64,000 bases of DNA from Octopus vulgaris (Eukaryota). The notes beneath the pieces were generated by a model. It did no database searches, had not been told where the DNA came from, and worked only from the letters and a program-made list of their open reading frames with translations. The DNA lies in assembly GCA_951406725.2 (NCBI GenBank), contig OX597823.1:63054001-63118000 (forward strand). The letters are read 5' to 3'. The position numbers were made by a program, and so were the translations under genes. How positions within the stretch are numbered: position 1 is the first letter of the stretch; every line of letters begins with the position of its first letter. Below, one piece after another: positions 27,260-37,535 of the stretch.

Positions 27260-27769
27260 GGGAATTACCTCCCTTTGCAGGTTTAGGGCACCGTGACGGT
27301 GTCGAGCCTTTCTGGTGACGTCGATGTTCGCCTGGGGCTAAATGCAACAGTAACACCCCCACCACCCTGCCCTGTCCCTAGCCATATTCAGATGGCTTTA
27401 GTCCCTTATGTTATCGAGCAGTTACTGTCTATATCCCTTTTAGAGAATTATTATTGCTTTCGAACAGATTTTCGAAATCAGCAAATGTATTTTGCTTGAA
27501 AATCTATATAAGAAATCCTGCATAGTGAGAATTCGTCGAGGAAGCGGAGGCCTACCACACGCCGATGATAGGCAATACACCTTGAAACCATGGTCCGTGT
27601 GTGGTTTCCGCTTCATCGGGGAATTACCTCCCTTTGCAGGTTTAGGGCACCGTGACGGTGTCGAGCCTTTCTGGTGACGTCGATGTTCGCCTGGGGCTAA
27701 ATGCAACAGTAACACCCCCACCACCCTGCCCTGTCCCTAGCCATATTCAGATGGCTTTAGTCCCTTATG

Positions 27770-27773
<4 letters not shown>
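27258..27773 (+). repeat. Inverted arm of the 359-bp array (516 bp, 1.4 units)
   Basis: Reverse complement of the array sequence, joined through a 2-bp CG overlap at 27258-27259 and running into (TA)n. Confidence 0.97.
27556..27601 (+). ncRNA. Type I hammerhead ribozyme motif in the inverted arm
   Basis: Stem I 27556-27561/27596-27601, core ccgatga 27562-27568, GAAA 27584-27587, stem III accatggt 27587-27594. Predicted cleavage after C27595. Confidence 0.85.
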
Positions 27774-27803
<30 letters not shown>

Positions 27804-28007
27804 TCACTCTCTTTACTCTTTTACTTGTTTCAGTCATTTGATTATGTCCATGCTGGAGCACCGCCTTTAGTCGAGAAAATCGATCCCAGGACTTATTCTT
27901 TGTAAGCCTATTACTTATTCTATCGGTCTCTTTTGCCGAACCGCTAAGTTACGGGGACGTAAACACACCAGCATCGGTTGTCAAGCGATGTTGGGGGACA
28001 AACATAT

Positions 28008-28049
<42 letters not shown>

Positions 28050-28307
28050 TAGGCACAAAGCTTGAAACTTTACGGGAGGGTGCTAGTCAATTACATCGAC
28101 CTCAGTAGTGTTTAACTGGTCCTTGTTTTATCGACGCCGAAGTGATCAGAGGCAAAGTCAACCTCGGCGGAATTTGAACGTAAAGACGGACGAAATGCCT
28201 CTAAGCATTTCATCCAACATTTTAACGATTCTGCCTGCTCTCCGCCCTACAAACATAACATTTATTACACACTATCACTGTTCCTGAAAAAAAAAGACTT
28301 ATGGGTT

Positions 28308-28374
<67 letters not shown>

Positions 28375-28377
<3 letters not shown>

Positions 28378-28772
28378 CTCTTTTATTTGTTTCAGTCATT
28401 TGACTGCAGCCATGCTAGAGCACCGCCTTTAATCGAGCAACTCGACCTCGGGACTTATTCTTTTGTAAGCCCAGTTCTTATTCTATCGGTCTGCTTTTGC
28501 CGAACCGCTAAGTAACGGGGACATAAACACACCAGCATCGGTTGTCAAGCAATGCTAGGGGGACAAACACACACACACACACACATAGATATATATAAAC
28601 ATATATACGACGGGCTTCTTTCAGCTTCCGTCTACAAAATCCACTCACAAGGCATTGGTCGGCCCGGGGTTATAGCAGAAGACACTTGCCCAAGGTGCCA
28701 CGCAGTGGGACTGAACCCGGAACCATGTGGTTGGTTAGCAAACTACTTACCACACAGCCACTCCTGCGCCTA
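28375..28772 (-). mobile_element. tRNA-derived SINE (family A, about 390 bp)
   Basis: Head ggcgcaggagtggctgtgtggtaag, B box ggttcagtccc, internal (TG)n, tail ccagcatggccgcagtcaaatgactgaaac. Other copies at 27805-28005, 29627-29990, 30010-30215, 30920-31225, 32520-32920, 36227-36620 and 57521-57911. Confidence 0.9.
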
Positions 28773-30215
28773 TAGTAATCTACAAATGAATCTGGATTTG
28801 AACTAGGAATGTAAAAATACCGCCAATGCATCGCTTTAAGCAGTTAATTTATTTATCGACTTCAGAAAGACTGAAAGGCAAAGTTGACCTCAACGTGTTT
28901 TAAATTCACAATATGCCAATTCGATTACCTTATGACACACAAATATTCCAGCCATGACCATCTTGTCTGTGAATATCTAGGAATACATTGTAGAACGTGT
29001 CCTTCGTCACTATGTCCGCAATTTTTTTCTAAAGGCGGTAGGCGTAATTTGATTAAGATTTCGTTGCTATTTCTAGCAGTTGAAGTCACAGAATACACAG
29101 AGGCTCATTTTGCATAGTGTAGTTTGAGTATGTGTCACACGGGGCCGGCTCATAAGCCTATACAGATTTATGCAGCAGACCCAAAAATGTCTCCCTCACG
29201 AAAGCGTCGGCCAGGGTAGACCGTGGCTTCCCGCTCCTATCGCCCCCTCGCCCGTCTCCCCTCGCCTCCTCTCCTCGCGCTCCTTCCCTTCTCTCACCCC
29301 TCGCCTCTTCTATCGCTCCCATGTAGTGAGATTCACTACATTATTTGACACTTCTGAAGGTAAAAACCAAGCAAATTGGGTGTGCTACTTACTATGTAGT
29401 AATATATACGCAATGGTAGGGCTTCACATATATATATTTAATACACAGAATGTTCACGCACCCCACTTAGGTATTTTTCATAAGATATATTAATACATAA
29501 CGCTATTTTTGTCGTTCATATATCCTACGATATTTTGCGAACCCCAGTATAGTGACTGCTTAAACATGTATTTAGATACAATTATAAATTTGCGGACTAT
29601 TCAGCTCATCTTTGTCAATATACATATCTCTTTTACTCTTTTACTTGTTTCAGCCATTTAACAGCGACCATGCTGGAGCACCGCCTTTAGTCGAGCAAAT
29701 CGACCCCAGGACCTATTCTTTGGAAGCTTAGTACTTAATATATCGGTCTGCTTTGTTACGGGGACGTAAACACACCACCATCGGTTGTCAGGTGATGTTG
29801 GGAGGACAAACACAGACACACAAACATATACACACACACATATATATATATCCCAAATCCGCTCACAAAGCTTTGGCCGGCCCGAAGCTATAGTAGAAGA
29901 CACTTGCCCAAGGTGCTACGCAGTGAGAATGAACCCGGAACCATGTGGTTGGTAACCAAGCTACTTACCACACAACCACTCCTGCACCTATACGTACCAT
30001 ATATCTTTATGTTTTTATCTTTTACTTGTTTTAATCATTAGACTGCGGCCACGCTGGTACATCGTCTTGAAGAAACTTAGTCAAATAAATCAACCTTAGG
30101 GCATGTATTTTTTTTAAAGACTGGCACTTATTCTATCGGTATTTTTTACCGAACCACTGCTAAGTTACGGAGATACAAACACACCAGCATTAGTTGTCAA
30201 ACGGTGGTGCGGGAC

Positions 30216-30755
30216 GCGAATTTTTTTCCCCACGAGAGTTCCGGACCCCAGAAATGAACTCATTTACATAGAACCAATCAGAGCTCACCTTGGTCTTGTT
30301 GTCAAGTTAACAAACACATTACCAAGTAAACTCACGACTAAGAATGGTGCTGTGAGTCGACCGATCGCGAAGTTGTGTCTGGTTTTAGGAGACAAGTAAT
30401 TAGAGAGATTTGCGTCTATACCTATTATTGAATTTTGTTTGAGCCCCATGTGGTAAAGATGTGGATGGGGAACATGTGGGTAGAGGGTGATGTGCTAGAA
30501 CCCCCTCTTACTGTTTTACAAAGTAAACAACAACACAAATAACTACACGGAGGCAGCCATGGTTGAAACAAGAACAACATGCATTACTAAAGGAGAAAAA
30601 GAAGCATGGTCATTCCTTACCTAAGTGACCTTAATTTATCGCCCATCACTTACTTGTTATGCACTCATAAATTAGCTTGATAGCTGAGTTCTGATTGGCT
30701 GTATGCAGATGAGATCATAACTGAGGTTCGGAACTCTCGAGGGAAAAAATTTCGC
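30216..30755. mobile_element. MITE with long imperfect TIRs and a 9-bp TSD (Mutator-like), inserted in a SINE
   Basis: gcgaatttttttcccc.cgagagttccg..ccaatcagagctca / tgagttctgattgg..cggaactctcgagggaaaaaatttcgc. gtgcgggac is duplicated at 30207-30215 and 30756-30764. Confidence 0.75.
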
Positions 30756-30777
30756 GTGCGGGACAAACGCATACACA

Positions 30778-30814
<37 letters not shown>

Positions 30815-30859
30815 ATAGATACATACATGCATACATACATATTTATGTATATACATACA

Positions 30860-30919
<60 letters not shown>

Positions 30920-31654
30920 ACTATGGCCTCGGGCCGACCAAAGCCTTATGAGTGGATATGGTAGACGGAAACTGAAAAAAGCCCGTCGTATATATATATG
31001 TATATGTTTGTGTGTCTGTGTTTGTCACCCCCATCATCGCTTGACAATCGATGTTGGTGTGTTTACGTCCCCGTAACTTAGCGGTTCAGCAAAAGAGACC
31101 CGATAGAATAAGTGCTAGGCTTACAAAGAATAAATCCTGGGGGTCAATTTCTCCGACTAAAGACTAAAGGCAGTGCTCCAGCGTGGCCGCAGTCAAATGC
31201 CTGAAACAAATAAAAGAATAAAAGAATATACATATATATATATATTTACGACAGTCTTCTTTCGGTTTCCGCCTACCAAACCCACTCACAAGGCTTTTGG
31301 TCGGCACGGGGCGACAGCAGAAAACACTTGCCTTAGATGCCACGCAGTAGGACTGAATCCGGAACCACGTGGACGAGAAGTAAAATTCTGACTACACATC
31401 CACGCTTCACGCCCCCCCCCCCCCACCACCATACCTACACAAAATATATACATTAATCGGAGGTTGCAACGGAAGATTCTAACTGTTGTCAGAGCAGCCG
31501 CAGTGAAATCTAAGCTCAGAAAGGCGTAGAGCCGGAATACTTCCAAAACGAAAATACCGTACAGCAGGACTAGAACGCGGACGCGCTTGTTTGAGAAGTG
31601 ATCCTCTGAATCCCAGGACCTTGGAAGTCTTAAGTTGTATCCCATTATTAGAAA

Positions 31655-32185
31655 TTAGCGGGACCCGTGAATATTTCTCGGAATTAATGGTAAACTTATT
31701 AGGTTATTTCTGAAAACTTTATCCAAAAAAGCCCAAAAGCGTAGCCTGTGTTGTGTCCGTATCAAAAGAGAGTCGCTCATCTGCTGATCATTGAAAAGTG
31801 AAGGAAATTGGAATACGATGATTGCTTAAAGCAATTTATATATACACTTTATATACTTTATACACAATTTTAGAGACTTAATACACAACACTCTCCCTCT
31901 TTCTCTCTCACTCTTCGCCTTACCCTCTTTTTCTCTCTCCTTTTTCTTTCGCTTTTCGCCTTTCCCTTCAACTAGTCACGTGAAAGCGTTACAAAGGGAG
32001 GAGGAATAAAAGCTTAGTCAAAAAAAAACCCCACACATTTCACTCATTACCACTTCTCTCTCCTCCTCCCCTCCCCGTCCCCACTCTCCTATTCTTCCCC
32101 TCCTCCTCCTCCTTCAGCTAATCACGCGGAAGCGTTACGGACGGGCTAAGTAACTGAGTGACAAGCAGAAATATTATAAGGTAGT
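31655..32185 (-). mobile_element. Possible decayed non-autonomous Helitron
   Basis: The left end ttagcgggacccg resembles a reversed CTAG terminus with hairpin. The right end atattataaggtag resembles a reversed TC..TATA start. Both termini are imperfect. Confidence 0.35.
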
Positions 32186-32519
32186 TAAGAATAGATTTAC
32201 CGGATTGGTTAAGCGTTAGACCAAATGGATGTTTTAGAATTTAGTTAAAGCCCTTTACATGAGAGTTCATTTCTTATTCAAGTTGCCTTCTTACTCATAT
32301 TTTATTTTTATAAACTAAATTAGTTATTCAATGACGTCATTCTTGGTTGAATGAATGAATGTCTAAAGTTAAGTTTGGTTTGGCGTTTCTTTGTGTTGAC
32401 GTTCTTTAACTGCTAAAATTTTTTCAGATTTTCAGTTAGAATTTCACTAATTTGAATTACCTTGATAAATTTGTGTTGACATAAATTTTCGTGAGTGTGG
32501 GTGTGTGCACATATCAATA

Positions 32520-32918
32520 TAGGAGTGGCTGTGTGGTAAGTAGCTTGCTAACCAACCACATGGTTCCGGGTTCAGTCCCACTGCGTGGCACCTTGGGCAT
32601 GTGTCTTCTGCTATAGCCCCGGGCCGACCAATGCCTTCTGAGTGGATTTGGTAGACGGAAATTGAAAGAAGCCCGTCGTATATATGTATATATGTGTGTG
32701 CGTGTATGTTTGTGTGTCTGTGTTTGTCCCCCTAGCATTGCTTGACAACCGATGCTGGTGTGTTTACGTCCCCGTTACTTAGCGGTTCGGCAAAAGAGAC
32801 CGATAAAATAAGTACTGGGCTTACAAAAGAATAAGTCTCGGGGTCGAGTTGCTCGATTAAAGGCGGTGCACCACCATGACCGCAGTCAAATGAATGAAAC
32901 AAGTAGAAGAGTAAAAGA

Positions 32919-32920
<2 letters not shown>
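32520..32920 (+). mobile_element. SINE family A copy
   Basis: Near identical to 36227-36620. Confidence 0.9.
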
Positions 32921-32982
<62 letters not shown>

Positions 32983-33120
32983 CAGAGATGTACTTGCATA
33001 GCAAGTAACCTGATCTGAGATCGTGTGCTGGAACGAAAACAATTGCAGCGTGGAAGGTGTTTATAAGCCGTTTAAGAAACACACAAAAACCGTTAGATTC
33101 ACTTCAACATTTAAATTTAA

Positions 33121-33171
33121 TTTGACAAAATATTTTCGTCGCTTTGAGACCGCGACCTGTTCACTGACAAA
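33121..33171 (-). ncRNA. Minimal hammerhead-like motif with swapped G3:C8 pair
   Basis: Minus strand reads uuuguca GUGAACA g gucgc ggucucaaa gcgac GAAA auau UU ugucaaa. Stem I 6/7 paired, 5-bp stem II, palindromic stem III AAUAUU. Confidence 0.6.
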
Positions 33172-33274
33172 ATTTCATGCAGCACTATATATATATAGCG
33201 GCGCGACCTCGTGTGTACCGTTGGCGATTTTTTTTTCCTCTGTCTTCCCTTCTCTGGATCTTTCCTTTTCCTAT

Positions 33275-33309
33275 GTTTCCGACGAAGAGCTCCGCTCGAA
33301 ACGTTAAAT
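33275..33309 (+). ncRNA. Minimal Penelope-type hammerhead motif
   Basis: guuu CCGACGA a gagc ucc gcuc GAAA cg UU aaau. Short stem I, 4-bp stem II, palindromic AACGUU. Confidence 0.6.
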
Positions 33310-33427
33310 CCTCCTTCTTCCCTTCCTTCCTGAGCGGCCAATAATACTATATTTGTTCCACGTCCTCGCGTTGTTTTCTCTTAGTGTTTTCATGTTTGGA
33401 TTAACTTTATATATATATATATATATA

Positions 33428-35661
33428 TACAATCTTTCCAGCTTGAACTACCATAAGGCAAACTGGAAACAAATTGAGAAAGAGATCCTCAAACAAAACT
33501 GGCCTAAATGTCTCTCGTCGCCAGACATCGACGTGAAACTTCAACAATTCATGTCTGTAATGCAAGCCATATGCTACAAATATGTCCCAGAGAGAAAGGC
33601 CACTGTACACAAGAACAAAATCCCCAGAGAGAGGAAAATTCTAATGAGACGGCGTACAAAATTTTCAAATCGCCTAAACAAACAGATTGAAAGCAGTGAA
33701 AAGTCCCGCCTAAAAATAAAACTGTTGGAAATCGAAAAATGTCTGAAACTCTCCCATGAAAAGGAAAGAGCAGACAAAGAAGCCTGGGCTATAGACAACA
33801 TAAAATCTAACCCCAGAGCTTTCTACAGGTATGCCAAAGAAACAGCTACGGTGCACTGTAGAATAGGGCCACTCCTCGAAAAGGATGGCACACTTACAGG
33901 AAAACCAATGAGGGTAAGTGAAATACTGAATGAGCAATTCAAGAGTGTTTTCACTCCACCCCTTGGGCATCTCCAAATCACCAATCCAACTGACTTTTTT
34001 ACCACTGCAGATATAAAATCAGAGGCGGCGACGATAGATTACATCGATATAAAGGAAGACGATGTAATCAAGGCTATAGATGAAATGAAAACAGACTCAG
34101 CTACTGGCCCCGATGGATTCCCGGCAATCCTCCTAAAAGCATGTAAGAGAGTCCTAGCAAGACCACTGCAGTTCCTCTTTCAGAGCTTCCTTGCAGCTGG
34201 CAAACTTCCAAGAAAACTGAAGGAAGGTAAAATATGCCCCATTCATAAAGGAGGTAGCAGAGCGGAGGCCAAGAACTACAGACCTATCTCTCTGACCTCA
34301 CACATCAGCAAGGTCATGGAACGAATAGTCAGAAAGAAGCTGATCACCTTCCTTGAAGAAAATGACTTGCTGCCCGACACCCAACATGGTTTCCGACCAG
34401 GGAGAAGCTGTTTAACTCAGCTCCTACAACACTATGACTGGGTGCTGAAACGGCAGCTCAACCACTCAAATGTGGAAGTCATATATCTCGACTTTGCAAA
34501 GGCCTTTGATAAAGTCGATCATGGAATGATATGTCACAAACTGCGTGATCTCAACATAGTTGGAAAACTGGGAGAATGGCTTCATGACTTTCTGAAAGAT
34601 AGAAGTCAGGTGGTAGTGGCCAATGGGGCCACTTCCATTAACACGCAAATAGTGAGCGGTGTTCCGCAGGGCACTGTTCTGGGACCACTACTGTTCATAA
34701 TGGCCCTCTCAGACATGCCCTCAGCCACGCAGAGAGCCACGATCACAAGTTATGCAGATGATACAAAAGTTTCACAGGCAATACAGAACCCTGAGGATAC
34801 TAAACACCTGCAATGTGAGCTAGACAAAATATACAAGTGGGCCGAAAAGAATAGCATGCAGTTCAATGCTGAAAAGTTTCAAGCTCTATACTATCAGCAT
34901 GCAAAACTAAATGCAATACCCAATGAATACACTGGACCCGGAGGAATAGCAATCCCAGAGGCACAATCAGTGCGTGACCTAGGTATTTACATGAGTGATG
35001 ACGCGACCTTTCGTGTACATGTTGCTAAATTGGCAATGAAATGTAGACGACTGGCCGGATGGATCCTCAGAACCTTTAGAACAAGAGAACAAGAAACCAT
35101 TATGGTCCTCTGGAGGACACTTGTCCTAAGCCACTTTGACTACTGCTCTCAGTTATGGTCACCATCCAGTGTCAAGTTGATCACAGAGCTCGAGGCGATC
35201 CAACGTAGCTACACGAAGAAGATAGCCTCTATGCAGAATGTAAGCTACTGGGAAAGACTCAGGAAATTAAAATTATATTCCCTGGAGCGTAGGCGGGAAA
35301 GATGTGCCATAATATACATCTGGAAGATCCTGGAGGGAAGTGTCCTGAACTTTGGCATCGAGAGTTACGCAAATGCCAGAACTGGCGCCACTGCGTGGTG
35401 CCTAGGACTCCAAACTTGCCATCAAGATGTAGGACAAGATTCTGTGATAGCCTGGGCTTCCGAGGCCCACAGCTCTTCAATATCCTCCCGAAGAACCTGA
35501 GAGACCTGCATGGGGTGGATACAGATGTCTTTAAAATGAAGCTGGATCTCTTCCTGTCAGGTGTCCCAGATGAACCAACTTCACGGCAGGAGGGGCAGAT
35601 GAGGGCAGCTGCATCGAACTCTCTCATGCACCAAATAGCAGCTGCTAGAAAGCCTTCATGA
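33428..35661 (+). pseudogene. LINE ORF2 reverse transcriptase (no endonuclease domain, one frameshift near 35385)
   Basis: TGPDG, NYRPISLTS, QHGFRPGRSC, YLDFAKAFDKV, GVPQGTVLGP, YADD, RDLG, LERRR. The C-terminus continues in ORF 35302-35661 (RHCVVP...GPQLFNILP). Confidence 0.93.
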
Positions 35662-35746
35662 AGTGAAACCAAGTAGCAACACCAAATGGCGGTGCCCCAG
35701 CATGGCCACAGCTCATAAGCTGAAACTGGAAAAATCAAAATCAAAA
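33428..35746 (+). mobile_element. 5'-truncated CR1/L2-group LINE, apparently young, inserted in (TA)n
   Basis: Long RT reading frame, short 3' UTR ending ggcggtgccccagcatggccacagc..tgaaact and an (AAAATC)n-like tail. (TA)n on both sides. Confidence 0.92.
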
Positions 35747-36226
35747 ATATATATATATATATATATATACATACACGTTTATGTGTGTAAAGCCGTTTAT
35801 TGTGATCGCTTTGGAATAGAGCTTTTTAGGTAACAATAACAGGTTGATGCTTTGGTCCCTCTAAACTTGATAATCGTTTGATAACATTATCCGTGATTAC
35901 TCTAAACGGATCTAAAGGAAAAGATCCCTCTAAACGGCTTCCTCTGTGTGTGTGTGTGTGCGTGCGTGCGTGCGTGTGTTCGTGTTCACAATGTGCTTTC
36001 ACTCACTTTCTGTCTTGCAAAGCTTGGTCAGCTTTGAGACTATAAGAACTTGCCCAAGAAGCCGTGCAATGAAACTGGCCCCGAAATTGCGTGGTTGCAG
36101 AGCGAACCTTTTAATCACACGTAGCGATGACCGCTTACAACACAGTTTTCGTTCCTCAAATTCTTATCACAAGTTATTAGTTTCACCCAAGACCACACAC
36201 ACAAAGCAAGAAAAAAAAATGATCTA

Positions 36227-36620
36227 AGGCGCAGGAGTGGCTGTGTGGTAAGTAGCTTGCTAACCAACCACATGGTTCCGGGTTCAGTCCCACTGCGTGG
36301 CATCTTGGGCAAGTGTCTTCTGCTATAGCCCCGGACCGACCAATGCCTTGTGAGTGGATTTGGTAGACGGAAACTGAAAGAAGCCCGTCGTATATGTGTG
36401 TATGTGTGTATATGTTTGTGTGTCTGTGTTTGTCCCCCTAGCATTGCTTGACAACCCATGCTGGTATGTTTACGTCCCCGTTACTTAGCGGTTCGGCAAA
36501 AGAGACCGATAGAATAAGTACTGGGCTTACAAAAGAATAAGTCCTGGGGTCGATTTGCTCGACTAAAGGCGGTGCTCCAGCATGGCCGCAATCAAATGAC
36601 TGAAACAAGTAAAAGAGTAA
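36227..36620 (+). mobile_element. SINE family A, full-length copy
   Basis: A and B boxes, body and tail all present. Confidence 0.9.
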
Positions 36621-37159
36621 GGAATGACACAGTGGGATTCGAACCTAGAACCACGTAGTTGCTAAACGAACGTTGTATTGGTTCTCGTGTTTATGTGTAA
36701 TGTATATCCTTGTTGTCTCTAATCAAAGTCAAGTCGATACTATTTAAGCCTTTTAAACGCCTGGCATTTTTTTCTTTCTCAATAACTAAACATCGACGTC
36801 TATTTTTCGCTCATTCACCCTTTCTCTCTCTCTCCCGTTACTTCTTTCATCTTCTCCTCCTCCTCCTCCTCCTTACGCTCACATTTTGAATCGTTTTTTT
36901 TTTGTTTCTCCCCCTTTTCCTTTCACATGTTTATGTGCCTTTCTATTTCATCTTCCTCTTTCTTCTCCCTCCCCTTCCCCCCCTCTCTCTTTGTTTTCTT
37001 CGTCATTGTTATCTTGTCATTATGCTCAGTAATTCACAATCGCTATTAATTAAACTGCCACCCCTCCTCTTCACTCACTCTATTTTAATTCAGTTTTTTT
37101 TTGTTTTCACCATTCTGTCTTTTCATAGTTTATTTTTAGCACATCTACCTAGTCTATAT

Positions 37160-37283
37160 ACCTATCTACATGTTTATCTATCTATCTGTCTGTCTATCTA
37201 TCTATCTATCTATCTATCTATCATCTATCTATCTATCTGTCTGTCTATCTATCTATCTATCTATCTATCATCTATCTATCTAG

Positions 37284-37365
<82 letters not shown>

Positions 37366-37425
37366 CTGTCTGTGTGCAGTCCTGTGTGGCTAATAAAGAA
37401 ACATATCTATCATCTATCTATTTAC

Positions 37426-37516
<91 letters not shown>

Positions 37517-37535
37517 GCTATCTATCTATCTATCT
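37160..37535. repeat. (TATC)n microsatellite
   Basis: Direct reading. Confidence 0.95.

Noticed and set aside
23490-27724. Repeated 94, 68 and 61 aa ORFs in the 359-bp array
   Set aside because: They overlap on both strands, mostly lack ATG starts, show no recognisable domain and are not evidently conserved in the diverged relatives.
27690-27760. Twister or HDV-like ribozyme in the downstream domain (taacac..gtccctagcc, ggctaaa)
   Set aside because: The required P4 and pseudoknot pairings, and the HDV P3/L3 pattern, could not be built and are not kept in the sister copies.
33353-33427. N-terminus of the 715-aa ORF
   Set aside because: Read-through from flanking repeat and (TA)n. The LINE is 5'-truncated and has no genuine start codon.
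36227-36300. tRNA genes at SINE heads
   Set aside because: A and B boxes only, with no complete cloverleaf, and they continue into SINE bodies.
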